From Nitrospinaceae bacterium (GTDB taxonomy: Bacteria > Nitrospinota > Nitrospinia > Nitrospinales > Nitrospinaceae): a stretch of 64,000 bases of DNA. Of this stretch, positions 1 to 9,399 are shown piece by piece (the stretch's first letter is position 1; each line of letters begins with the position of its first letter). The notes under the pieces are model-generated. The model was not told where the DNA came from and did not search any database. It was given only the letters and a program-made list of their open reading frames with translations. The position numbers and the translations under genes were made by a program. The DNA lies in the NCBI GenBank assembly GCA_965223665.1, contig OZ245011.1:1600001-1664000 (forward strand), read 5' to 3'.

Positions 1-1
1 A

Positions 2-322
2 CCACTCGCCGTGGAGGCAACTTTTATTCTCGATGACTGACTCGCCGTCAGGGGCAACTGGGATTTTCGAAAATCTCTGAAGATATGATTCTGAGAAACC
101 TATTGAAAATAAATTCTGAGTCCAGCGTCACGCTGGTCCCCTCTTTTCTAAAGAGGGTTAGGGTGATTCACATTCAGGGGTTTTGAGAGGCTTCTATATA
201 TATGGAAATATTTCTAAAGAGTTCCTGAGCGCCCCGCAATCGAATTAACTCATCGAGAATTAATTTTTGAGTCCAGCGTCACGCTGGTTCCCGCTTTTCT
301 AAAGAGGGTCGGGGTGATTCAC
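2..322 (+). repeat. Intergenic mosaic of hairpin repeat modules
   Basis: TCGCC-loop hairpins at 2-21 and 37-58. A unit TGAGTCCAGCGTCACGCTGG..CCCTCTTTTCTAAAGAGGG..GGGTGATTCAC ends at 171 and again at 322. Confidence 0.85.
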
Positions 323-623
323 CTTTGCAAATTTTTAAAAATTGAACCCTTGTCAACCTTCCAGCGTCAACCTTTTTAAGTTAACCCTAACCTAAATTGG
401 TTAATTTTGAGACGAAATCACTGGAAATATTTATTTTAGCCCATTTTTACCTTGATTCTATATGCAGAATAAATTAGGGTTTGGGAAATTTGAAAATTCT
501 TTCAGTCCTAATTAAAAATAATGGATTCAAAATGAGTATTTTTATCTCTCGGACAATTTTTGAGGGGATTTAATTTAGGCTCACTTATTACTTTGTGATA
601 ACCGCTACATTTTATTAAAAGGA

Positions 624-1673
624 ATGGAAATTTCCAATGTTATGGCAAATGATTTTGTCAAAAATGTAGAAGCAAAGATAAAAGAGCAATCCAATTCTCA
701 AAAGGTTGGATTTTTGATAGGGGCTGGATCATCGTACCTTGATGGGAGCGGATATCCTCTTGCTGGAGAATTATGGGACAAAGTATCTAGTGAGATCCCA
801 ACGCAAGAGAGGAGAGAAATTCAAGAAAAAATTGATAGTGGCGCAACTAGTATGGAACAGGCTCTTGATCTTTTAGATACTGGTGGGATTAAAGAAGGTC
901 CTCATCGCTTTAGTGTGTTAAATGCGATTGCCAAACATTTTAGTAGTGTTGATGCACCACTGAAGTACCACAGTTTATTTGTTTCACTTCTTTCTAAACG
1001 AAAAGAAGAAATTCCCATTAAAATTTTTTCTTTAAATTATGACCCGCTGATTGAAAGAGCAGCGGAGCATGAACATGTAAAACTTTTTGATGGCTTTTAT
1101 GGACATGAAAATGCTTTCTTCGATGGTGGATCTTTTCAACACATAATGATTATAAGAGGTAGGGATCATAAAGGTCGTCGAGCCAGAGGAATTCCTGGAA
1201 GTATAAGATTAATAAAATTACATGGATCTTTAGGTTGGTATCAGAATGAAAAATCTGAAGTCAGACGATGTGCATTTACAGAATCCATACCTGAAAAAAC
1301 TAATCGCTTAATGATCCCCCCCCAATATAGAAAGGCGCGTGACACTGGTCGCCCACCCTACTCAACATTATGGTCAGAATTTCGCGGCTCACTATTCCAC
1401 AGTGATGACAAGTTAAATAGGTTAATTGCTCTTGGATATGGAATGGCCGATGAACATGTGAATGCTGAAATTGGAAACGCTCTTGAACGTTCTAATTTTA
1501 CATTTTTAATTATAGCAAAGGACCTATCCGATAAACATTTTGAACAATGGTCTACTAAACCAAGAGTTCATATTGTAACTGAAAAACGATGTTCCCTAAA
1601 TGGTGAAGTTGGTGAGGGTCACCCAAGTTTATGTTCATTTGAAGGATTTATTGAAAAGATGAAACAATGGTAG
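624..1673 (+). CDS. SIR2-like (SIR2_2) NADase of a SIR2-HerA anti-phage system
   Basis: Motifs FLIGAGSS, SLNYDPLIE, KLHGSLGW and GYGMADEHVN. Overlaps the start of the HerA gene. AT-rich. Confidence 0.9.
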   Translation: MEISNVMANDFVKNVEAKIKEQSNSQKVGFLIGAGSSYLDGSGYPLAGELWDKVSSEIPTQERREIQEKIDSGATSMEQALDLLDTGGIKEGPHRFSVLNAIAKHFSSVDAPLKYHSLFVSLLSKRKEEIPIKIFSLNYDPLIERAAEHEHVKLFDGFYGHENAFFDGGSFQHIMIIRGRDHKGRRARGIPGSIRLIKLHGSLGWYQNEKSEVRRCAFTESIPEKTNRLMIPPQYRKARDTGRPPYSTLWSEFRGSLFHSDDKLNRLIALGYGMADEHVNAEIGNALERSNFTFLIIAKDLSDKHFEQWSTKPRVHIVTEKRCSLNGEVGEGHPSLCSFEGFIEKMKQW

Positions 1674-3391
1674 AACGTGATGAAGAAACTTTAATTGGAT
1701 ATGTTACCGATGTACAGAGTGGCAGTATTTCAGTCTCTCTAGTGGATGATGAGCCAGGTGCGCCAGCCATTATTACAATTGGCGATGAAGATGTACTTAT
1801 AGGTCAAATTGGTTCATATGTACTTATAAATCAAAGACGGACTAAAACTTTGGCAATGGTAACCCGAATGTCAGAACAAGAAAAATTTATTCCTCCCGAA
1901 CCTGGTCAGCGGACTGAAGATACTATAAATGATCCCTTGGTGGTTCGTACAATCACACTCATTCCTCTTGGTAGAATTAATAATGAAGGAGAATTTGTTA
2001 GGGGTATGGGAGTTTTTCCGACTACTGGAGCCGAGGTACATGCAATTGGTACAGAAATTCTTGGTACGATGTTTAATCGCTTTCAATCTAAAAAATATGA
2101 TGTTGGATATTTACCTACTAATGAAAATCAAAAGGTATATTTCGACCCCAATTCATTATTTGGAAGACACTTTACAATTTTGGGACAAACCGGAGCTGGG
2201 AAATCCTATACTGTAACCAATTTATTACAACGGGCAATAACTATAATGCCCAAAGCCCACATTGTCCTTTTAGATTTACATGGAGAATATAGTTGGATTG
2301 ACACCCCAGGCAGTGATAGAAAGTGCGCATTCAAAAATGATGTTGCACGTTATATTGATGCAAGAAAACTCGAATTTCCTTATTGGCTTATGACCTATGC
2401 TGAACTTTGTGATTTACTAATAGATCACTCCGAAAGGGAAGCAGCAAATCAAACCGCTTTTTTTCGTGATAATTTACTTGAACTACGATCACTTGAAAAA
2501 GAAAGTTTAAAACTTGAGCGGGTAACTGTCGATACTCCTGTTTATTTTTCTTTAAATGATCTTGTAAATCAAATAAAAGAAAAAAATTCAGAAATGGTTC
2601 CCGGGAGCAGTAGATCTAAAAAAGGTCCTATGCATGGAGAATTTGATCGATTTCTAATACGACTAGAAAGTAAGTTAAATGATGTGCGCTATGATTTCTT
2701 ACTCAAGCCTAAGATTAGGAATAATTCCAATTCCCTTGAAGCACTTTTAAGAGATTTTATTGGCCTGGGTAAACAAAAGGCACCTATTACTATTATCGAT
2801 CTAAGCTCTGTCCCATTTGACGTAAGGCCTATAGTTGCTGCACAAATAGGACGTCTGGCTTTTGAATTTAATTATTGGAATCCGAATTATAAAGATTTCC
2901 CTCTACTTTTGTTGTGTGAAGAAGCACATGCATATATCCCTCGAGATTCATCTACAGCCTTTTCAGGAGCTCGATTATCAATGGAGCGGATTGCAAAAGA
3001 GGGAAGAAAATATGGGGTTGGCCTAGGTGTTGTAAGTCAACGTCCCCATGAGCTTTCCGAAACAGTTTTAGCCCAATGTGGAACATTTTTGTGTTTGCGA
3101 ATCACAAACCCTACAGATCAGAATTATGTTAGAAATTTAGTACCAGAAGCCGAGCGCGATTTAATGGATATATTAGCTGGACTTGGTCGTGGAGAATGCA
3201 TGGCATTGGGAGAAGCCGTACCCTTGCCCACAAGAGTACAATTTCATTTACCAAATCCCACTCCCAATAGTGATGATATCGACTTTCATGATAAGTGGAT
3301 TAACGGTCCAAACGATTTGGATGTAAAAAGTATTGTTGACAAGTGGCGTCGTCAAGAACGTTCTGATGAAAAAATCGAACCGGTGGTCTAA
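1667..3391 (+). CDS. herA: HerA/DUF87-family ATPase, SIR2-HerA partner
   Basis: N-terminal HAS-barrel-like region, Walker A GQTGAGKS, LDLHGEY, Walker B LLCEEAH, EGRKYG and SQRP. Confidence 0.9.
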   Translation: MVERDEETLIGYVTDVQSGSISVSLVDDEPGAPAIITIGDEDVLIGQIGSYVLINQRRTKTLAMVTRMSEQEKFIPPEPGQRTEDTINDPLVVRTITLIPLGRINNEGEFVRGMGVFPTTGAEVHAIGTEILGTMFNRFQSKKYDVGYLPTNENQKVYFDPNSLFGRHFTILGQTGAGKSYTVTNLLQRAITIMPKAHIVLLDLHGEYSWIDTPGSDRKCAFKNDVARYIDARKLEFPYWLMTYAELCDLLIDHSEREAANQTAFFRDNLLELRSLEKESLKLERVTVDTPVYFSLNDLVNQIKEKNSEMVPGSSRSKKGPMHGEFDRFLIRLESKLNDVRYDFLLKPKIRNNSNSLEALLRDFIGLGKQKAPITIIDLSSVPFDVRPIVAAQIGRLAFEFNYWNPNYKDFPLLLLCEEAHAYIPRDSSTAFSGARLSMERIAKEGRKYGVGLGVVSQRPHELSETVLAQCGTFLCLRITNPTDQNYVRNLVPEAERDLMDILAGLGRGECMALGEAVPLPTRVQFHLPNPTPNSDDIDFHDKWINGPNDLDVKSIVDKWRRQERSDEKIEPVV

Positions 3392-3557
3392 GAATACAAG
3401 TGGGAAAATAATCCCTTTCAAATTGGTAATTGAATTGTCCATTTTTAGAAAGACAAATATTTTTTCCTATTTAATTCATAATGAATATAATTCTTTCTTG
3501 ATTGCATCCATTAATTGATTTAGGGTTGGGCGAAAATACTTATTAAAGGATCATGCC

Positions 3558-4814
3558 ATGGCGGAACCCACGATTGTTTGTCCCAAGTGCTCCCATGATA
3601 TAAAACTGACCGAGTCGCTGGCGGCCCCGCTTTTAACCGCGGCCAAAGAAGAATTTGAAAAGAAAATTTCTGAGAAAGAACTGGAAATTTCCAAACGTGA
3701 AAACTCTATCAAAGATCAGGAAAAAATTCTTAAAGAAGCGAAGAGTCAGATCGACGAAGAAGTTCGAAAAAAACTGGAATCGGCACGCGCTGAAATTGCT
3801 AAAGAGGAATTAATAAAAGCGAAACGTTTAGCCGAGTCTGATTTAAAAAAGCAAGCTACCGAGTTAGCACAAACAAAAGAGTTATTAGCTCAACAGGATG
3901 CCAAACTGGCCGAAGCACAAAAAGCGCAACTCGAAGTCATGAAAAAGAATCGTGAACTGGATGACGCGAAACGCGAACTCGCCTTAACCGTAGAAAAACA
4001 AGTTCAGGCTTCCCTGGAGCAGGTCAGAATTAAAACTAAAAAAGACACTGAGGAATTATTAAGCCTAAAGGTTAAAGAAAAAGAAGTCCAGATTGCATCC
4101 ATGCAACGCACAATCGAAGAATTAAAGCAAAAGGCGGAACAGGGTTCTCAGCAGCTTCAAGGGGAAGTGATGGAGTTGGAACTGGAGGAAATGCTTAAGT
4201 CCAAGTTTCCTCAAGACGGTATTGAACCGGTTCCCAAAGGAGAGTTTGGGGGCGATGTGATTCAGAGAGTTTTTTCTTCATCGGGACAAGTGTGCGGCGC
4301 CATTCTTTGGGAAACCAAAAGAACCAAAAACTGGCATAACGGCTGGTTGCCGAAGCTAAGAGAAGATCAACGCAAAGCTAAAGCCGAAATTTCTATTTTA
4401 ATTTCCACCGCGATGCACAAAGAAATTGAAACGTTTGGTCAAATGGATGGCGTTTGGGTCTCGGCTCCACAGTTCATGGTTCCTCTGGCCATTGCATTAC
4501 GCCAAACTTTAATAGAGGTGGCAAATTCCAAACAACTTCAGCAGGGTCAAAAAACAAAAATGCAACTGGTCTATGAATACTTGACCGGCCCTACCTTTAG
4601 ACATCGTATTGAAGCGGTGGTGGAAAAAATTACGGATATGCAGGCGGACCTGGAAAAGGAAAAGAAAACCACCCAACGCTTATGGGCCAAACGCGAAGCT
4701 CAAATTAGTGGAGTCATCGCATCCACTGTGGGAATGTATGGAGACTTGCAGGGAATCGCCGGCAAAGCCCTGCAGGAAATTGAAGGTTTGGAAATTCCTT
4801 TGATTGAAGAATAA
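3558..4814 (+). CDS. DUF2130-family coiled-coil protein with putative PD-(D/E)xK-like C-terminal domain
   Basis: N-terminal CPKC, long coiled coil, then QGEVMELELE..GGDVIQ..ILWETKRTKNW. Confidence 0.8.
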   Translation: MAEPTIVCPKCSHDIKLTESLAAPLLTAAKEEFEKKISEKELEISKRENSIKDQEKILKEAKSQIDEEVRKKLESARAEIAKEELIKAKRLAESDLKKQATELAQTKELLAQQDAKLAEAQKAQLEVMKKNRELDDAKRELALTVEKQVQASLEQVRIKTKKDTEELLSLKVKEKEVQIASMQRTIEELKQKAEQGSQQLQGEVMELELEEMLKSKFPQDGIEPVPKGEFGGDVIQRVFSSSGQVCGAILWETKRTKNWHNGWLPKLREDQRKAKAEISILISTAMHKEIETFGQMDGVWVSAPQFMVPLAIALRQTLIEVANSKQLQQGQKTKMQLVYEYLTGPTFRHRIEAVVEKITDMQADLEKEKKTTQRLWAKREAQISGVIASTVGMYGDLQGIAGKALQEIEGLEIPLIEE

Positions 4815-4849
4815 AACACTGAATGATCAATTAGTCAAACCCCCAAGTG

Positions 4850-4882
4850 GTCAATCACCCCAGCCCTCTTTAGAAAAGAGGG
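4850..4882 (-). repeat. Hairpin repeat, type A
   Basis: Reverse complement of CCCTCTTTTCTAAAGAGGGCTGGGGTGATTGAC, lying between convergent genes. Confidence 0.85.
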
Positions 4883-4894
4883 GGAAAGTCAACC

Positions 4895-5845
4895 TTAATG
4901 AGCAGTGATGAATTCCAGGATTCGGTTGGCAATTTCCTCGGGGGCGTCTTCGTGGGAATAGTGGCCGACTCCTTCCAGTTGGTGCACTTCACCTTTGGGA
5001 AACGCTTCGTTAAATAGTGGAATAAAATACTCCGCCTGAAGCGTTCGGTCCGCCATGCCCCACAAGGCCAGTGCCGGTTTTCGAGAAAGTTTTTGTACGG
5101 TAGCAGAGTCCGTCGTTTCAAATTGATGTGCTCCTTCTGCAAACCCTTTCGCCCAACCGAGGGCTCCCAGACAGTTTTCCGGCGTTTCAAATGGCGCGCC
5201 ATACGCACGCAACCAGGTCTCGGTAATCACAGAATTCCTTTCGAAACCATTCAGCTTGAGCGTGCTCAATATATTGTATTCCAACTGTCCCAGAACCCGA
5301 TCGAGAGTTCCGTTCGCATGCGCTTTCCCAATCCAGCGAAACCACGGAGAAGCCGCCGCGTTTTTGCCGAGTGCCTCCCCGAGACCCGGCTGATTCAACG
5401 GCGTCGGTCCATTGGTACTGATAATTCGCTTGATGCGATCGGGATGCCGGATGGCCAAGCCCATGCCTATGGGTCCGCCAAAATCATGCATCACCAGCGT
5501 CAGGTTTTTGAGGTCCAGGTCCAGAACAAACTTCTCCAGGTTATCGATGTGGTCCTGTAAAAAATAACTTCTATCCTGCGGCGTTTCACTTTTACCAAAA
5601 CCCATATGGTCCGGAACCACCACTCGCATCGTCAGCGAAAGTTCTTTTATGAGATTCCGGAACAAGTATCCCCAGGTCGGCTCTCCGTGAAGCGCAAGAA
5701 CCGTTTCGCCTTCCCCTTCATCCACGTAGTGCATGCGGAACCCGGGCGCTTCGGTGAACCGGGCTCGGTAAGGCCAGGTTCCGTCGAAAGTTTCTTCGGC
5801 AGAAACCACCGGTGGTGTTGCAATTTCTTTCATATATATAGACAT
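4895..5845 (-). CDS. Alpha/beta hydrolase, haloalkane dehalogenase-like
   Basis: HGEPTWG, PDHMGFGKS, nucleophile motif HDFGG and C-terminal GHYSHED. Confidence 0.85.
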   Translation of the reverse strand: MSIYMKEIATPPVVSAEETFDGTWPYRARFTEAPGFRMHYVDEGEGETVLALHGEPTWGYLFRNLIKELSLTMRVVVPDHMGFGKSETPQDRSYFLQDHIDNLEKFVLDLDLKNLTLVMHDFGGPIGMGLAIRHPDRIKRIISTNGPTPLNQPGLGEALGKNAAASPWFRWIGKAHANGTLDRVLGQLEYNILSTLKLNGFERNSVITETWLRAYGAPFETPENCLGALGWAKGFAEGAHQFETTDSATVQKLSRKPALALWGMADRTLQAEYFIPLFNEAFPKGEVHQLEGVGHYSHEDAPEEIANRILEFITAH

Positions 5846-5879
5846 GATTTTTCTCCTTTAATGGAAGCCGTTCCACCCA

Positions 5880-6527
5880 TCAGTTCCCCGTGGCGTGAAA
5901 GTGTTGTTCCATATATTTTCTGAGTTGGTTGCGGGCGCGGTGGAGGATCACCCACAGGTTACTCGAATTGATGTTCAGGGTTTCGCAGATATCTTCGGTA
6001 GACATGCCCTCCACTTCTTTCAACACAAACACCATCCGATACTTTTCCGGCAGCCGCGCCAGACAACTTGCAAGCGTTTCCTGCAGTTGCGAGTTCTCTG
6101 CGGACTTTTCCGGATCGAACGCCCAGTGCGTGGGCGGCTGAATCCAGTGCCCCGATTCGTCGAAAGCTCTTTCCAGCGGGTCCGCGTCTCCATTCGCAGT
6201 CACTTCATACAGGTTTTTCGTTTTCTGGTTGCGGAAATGATCGAGGATTTTGTGTTTCAAAATTCCAAACAGCCAACTCTTCACCGCCGACCGTCCTTCA
6301 AACGAAGTGCGCGCCTGCAAAGCCGCGATCAAAGCCGTCTGCACAATATCCTCCGCCGCGTCGTGGTCCTGCACTCGCACCACCGTGTACCGGAACATCA
6401 TATCGCCGTAAAGATCCACCCATTGGTTTGCATCCAACTCAGGCGGATCGGAATTCGTTGTTTCCTCTAAAACCTGATTTGCTTTCATGATTTCCCCTCT
6501 CGCCATCTCGTTGTGAAACAACGTCAC
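5880..6527 (-). CDS. ECF sigma-70 factor (true start may be MKANQ at 6488)
   Basis: Region 2 (AEDIVQ..SWLFGILKHKILD) and region 4 (LPEKYRMVFVL..LHRARNQL). Confidence 0.9.
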   Translation of the reverse strand: MTLFHNEMARGEIMKANQVLEETTNSDPPELDANQWVDLYGDMMFRYTVVRVQDHDAAEDIVQTALIAALQARTSFEGRSAVKSWLFGILKHKILDHFRNQKTKNLYEVTANGDADPLERAFDESGHWIQPPTHWAFDPEKSAENSQLQETLASCLARLPEKYRMVFVLKEVEGMSTEDICETLNINSSNLWVILHRARNQLRKYMEQHFHATGN

Positions 6528-7079
6528 TTAATGGTTGGCAGCAAACTCTTCCTCGGTGAACCGAGGCGTAATATGCTGTGGACAGTTCCAGTCGAACGCA
6601 TGCACTTTGAACACGAAAATGCGTTCCACGTCGGCGGCGTAATCCGGAAGCGCCACCTGCTTCAACAACTCCGGATGATCGGCGGCGTGCAGCACTTCCG
6701 CCTCGGCCCAGATTTTCAATCGCTGCTGCCGGGTGTAGTCCATGAGAAACAGCACCGCTTTCTTCGTGGCGTTTAAGTTTCCCGCGCTGATGTATTGCCC
6801 GTTGCCGCGAAAATCTGCAAAAGCGAGCGTCGAGTCGTCCACCGTTTTCAAAAATCCTTTGGGCCCGCCGCGGTACTGCAAATAGGGCCAGCCGTTTTCT
6901 CCCACTGTCGACATATAAAAACTGTCGCGGCTTTCGATGTATCCTTTTTCCTGCCAAGTGAGTTTGTTGCGAAACTCGGTTTTGGCTTCCATCTTTTCGT
7001 AGGGCGCTCGCGTGCCGTATTGTTTTTGAACGGCCTTTACGCTGTCGTTGAACGCCAGTTCCATAAAATGTTTTGTCAT
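6528..7079 (-). CDS. Pyridoxamine 5'-phosphate oxidase-related FMN-binding protein
   Basis: GWPYLQYRGGPKGF, DFRGNGQY and DWNCPQHITPR. Start placed at MTKHF. Confidence 0.85.
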   Translation of the reverse strand: MTKHFMELAFNDSVKAVQKQYGTRAPYEKMEAKTEFRNKLTWQEKGYIESRDSFYMSTVGENGWPYLQYRGGPKGFLKTVDDSTLAFADFRGNGQYISAGNLNATKKAVLFLMDYTRQQRLKIWAEAEVLHAADHPELLKQVALPDYAADVERIFVFKVHAFDWNCPQHITPRFTEEEFAANH

Positions 7080-7165
7080 GATCTTAATTCCTTCTTCTAG
7101 CAGCGTGACGCTGCACTCATAATTTATTTTCGATGTGTTTTCTTTCAAACTATATCCACAGAAAC

Positions 7166-7183
7166 TTACCGAATGTTCGATTT
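7166..7183. promoter_or_regulatory. Putative second TetR operator
   Basis: TTACCGAATGTTCGATTT matches TTACCGAACGTTCGGTAA (9081-9098) at 14/18 positions. Confidence 0.5.
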
Positions 7184-7210
7184 ATTCAATCTAAAATCCC
7201 TGGAGGAAAA

Positions 7211-7310
7211 ATCCCCCCAGCCCCCTTCATAAAGGGGGAGCGCATCCGCTCTCGTTTTCTAATTTATTCCTAAAGGTCAATCACCCCAGCCCGGCCCCCG
7301 GCCGGTTGGA
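7211..7310 (+). repeat. Hairpin repeat type B plus partial modules
   Basis: ATCCCCCCAGCCCCCTTCATAAAGGGGG, then GTCAATCACCCCAGCCC and CCGGCCCCCGGCCGG, all seen elsewhere in the window. Confidence 0.8.
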
Positions 7311-7494
7311 ACATTCTTTTGCGATGATTTTTTTCAATGCTATATCCTCACAAAGTTTTCGAATATTCCTTCTGCCTCCAATCGCTAGATTGGAAAAGAG
7401 GGAGCACATCTACTTCTCTCTATTATTAATTGTGTCTTGTTCAAAACCCCCACTCACGCAATGGCCTCTCCTTTACAGGAGAGACCTTTTCGTT

Positions 7495-7857
7495 TTAGAA
7501 AGTGAGGACATTGAATCCCTCATCCTGCAAATTGCTGAAGCTCGGCAACCCCGTGGTTTTTGGAACCGAGTTGTCCTTGATCAAATCGTAACCACTGGTA
7601 TTGGCTCCAAACACATCGGCGCAGGCACAGGAAATCCCCTGAATCTTATCCTGCACCGCCTGAAACAGTTCGTGTGCGGGATGATCCTTTGCAGAAAGTA
7701 CTTCCGGCCACCGGGTTCCGGCACCCTGGAACAGGATGGAAACTTCTTTACCGGCGTTTTTAAAATCGTATGCGGTGGCTAAAGCGTTGAAGACACGTCC
7801 TAAAGATTCTTCTGATCCGGAATTGGGATCTGACAAAATTGCGATTGCTGTTTTCAT
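7495..7857 (-). CDS. DsrE/DsrF-like protein
   Basis: GRVFNAL, ILFQGAGTRW and SCACADVFG. Confidence 0.7.
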   Translation of the reverse strand: MKTAIAILSDPNSGSEESLGRVFNALATAYDFKNAGKEVSILFQGAGTRWPEVLSAKDHPAHELFQAVQDKIQGISCACADVFGANTSGYDLIKDNSVPKTTGLPSFSNLQDEGFNVLTF

Positions 7858-7979
7858 TTGAAAATACTCCTGAAACAATGTTAGTTTTAATATGTTTTAT
7901 TTTTAAAAGGGTTGTGGAGCTCCGGTTCTCTTATTCGCGTGGGAAAACCGGAGTTCCCTTCCTGATGAAACCCATCGAA

Positions 7980-8453
7980 CTACAGCTCCGAAGGCGCTTT
8001 GCGCTCGATGTCTTTCCAGTTGTCATCCGCACTGGCGATGTACCCGCGAATATCTTCGTTCCACTTTTTCTGAATGCCGGCGTCCAGGTTCAAATACAAT
8101 TTACCGTCGACAATCTTCCAGCGATTCGGGTCTGAGTAAAACTTTTTGCCAACCGCCACACCGTACGCACAGTAGCCACCGTATTGAGGAGCGTACTTCT
8201 CAGGATTCGCTTCAAACGTTTTCTGATGCGCTTCCGAGGTGAACAAATAGGTGCCACCTTTGTAAGTGCTGGTGTGGTACCCGCTGCCGCGTACCGGTTG
8301 TCCCGATTCAAAATAAGCGACCGGATCGTATCCGCTGATTGCTAATTGTGAAACGTCGTTAGTGTTGTGAGCTTGCACCTGTTGCGCTATGGCAAACAGC
8401 AAAAAAGCGGCCAGGGCAAAAATGTTAGTTCTTCTTAAAACTTGAGCTTTCAT
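7980..8453 (-). CDS. Exported YHS-domain protein
   Basis: Signal peptide, AISGYDPVAYF, YAPQYGGYCAYG and IVDGKLYLN. Confidence 0.85.
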   Translation of the reverse strand: MKAQVLRRTNIFALAAFLLFAIAQQVQAHNTNDVSQLAISGYDPVAYFESGQPVRGSGYHTSTYKGGTYLFTSEAHQKTFEANPEKYAPQYGGYCAYGVAVGKKFYSDPNRWKIVDGKLYLNLDAGIQKKWNEDIRGYIASADDNWKDIERKAPSEL

Positions 8454-9049
8454 GACTTACTCCTTTTCGATTTAGGTTTGGATTGTTTATCTCCAACCGT
8501 TAATAATTGCGGCAACCCCTGAAGCACCCGCGCAAACGGTTTGCGGTTGCCCGTTCCTCTTGCCAGGACGAGGGCTCCCTGAATACCGACCAGGGCTTCT
8601 TCCGCACGTTCTTTGGCCATTGCCGGACTGAACCCGGAATCGCGAGCCACTGAAACCATTGCTCCCAGCCAGGCGCCGAAAGAACTTTCAATGTGCTTGC
8701 GAAAGGGATCGTCCTCGTTGCCAATGGATAATGCATCCAACAGACAGGACTTTTTGCCACCTTTAAAAAATTCGTTGAGCCGTCGGGCCATTTCCTCAAT
8801 GCGTTCGGCCGGGTCACCGGTGCCGTTCAAGGGAGCAAGCACATGCGAACCGAACCAGTTGTCCACATGCGACAATACAGCTTCGGCCATTTCTTCCTTG
8901 CCGCCCGGAAAGCGGTGGTAGAGGCTGGCGCGTTTGAGGCCGGTGGCCTCGGAGATCACACTGAGGCTGGCTCCGTCATACCCGTGGAGCCGGAAAGCAT
9001 CCATCAGCGATTCGATTAAAGTGTCTTCGTCGATTTTTTTAAGTGGCAT
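8450..9049 (-). CDS. TetR/AcrR family regulator
   Basis: HTH GYDGASLSVISEATGLKRASLYHRFPGGKEE. RBS GGAGG precedes the ATG at 9049. Confidence 0.9.
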   Translation of the reverse strand: MPLKKIDEDTLIESLMDAFRLHGYDGASLSVISEATGLKRASLYHRFPGGKEEMAEAVLSHVDNWFGSHVLAPLNGTGDPAERIEEMARRLNEFFKGGKKSCLLDALSIGNEDDPFRKHIESSFGAWLGAMVSVARDSGFSPAMAKERAEEALVGIQGALVLARGTGNRKPFARVLQGLPQLLTVGDKQSKPKSKRSKS

Positions 9050-9077
9050 TAGATCCTCCTGAATTGAACATGACGCT

Positions 9078-9106
9078 ACTTTACCGAACGTTCGGTAAAA
9101 TGTCAA
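9078..9106 (-). promoter_or_regulatory. Sigma70 promoter overlapping a perfect 20-bp palindromic operator
   Basis: Minus strand TTGACA-17 bp-TAAAGT. TTTACCGAACGTTCGGTAAA (9080-9099) is a perfect palindrome. Confidence 0.85.
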
Positions 9107-9399
9107 CGCCCTTTTCAAAAAAAGTTAAAAAAATCTCCTACCCTAAAGAGGGAACTTTTTACTCAGCTCTTTGGGTACATACACCCATTAATAATTAAAC
9201 CCAGATAGAGTTCGTTCTATATATAGAGCTTTGTTTTTGAAAAACGGATTGGCATAGCTCCGAGGCCTCGGCAGGAAATTGGGTCACTTTGGAATCTAAA
9301 TAAATTGCCATTTAATTAAAGGGTGGTTTGTCTTAAACTTAACGTAAGGTGGGTGAGGACTAAACCAGGAGTAGATTTCCAAATATCTTAGAGCAACTT

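Noticed and set aside
7306-7782. 158-aa + strand ORF and other antisense ORFs in 5-9 kb
   Set aside because: They overlap well-supported minus-strand genes and have no recognisable motifs.
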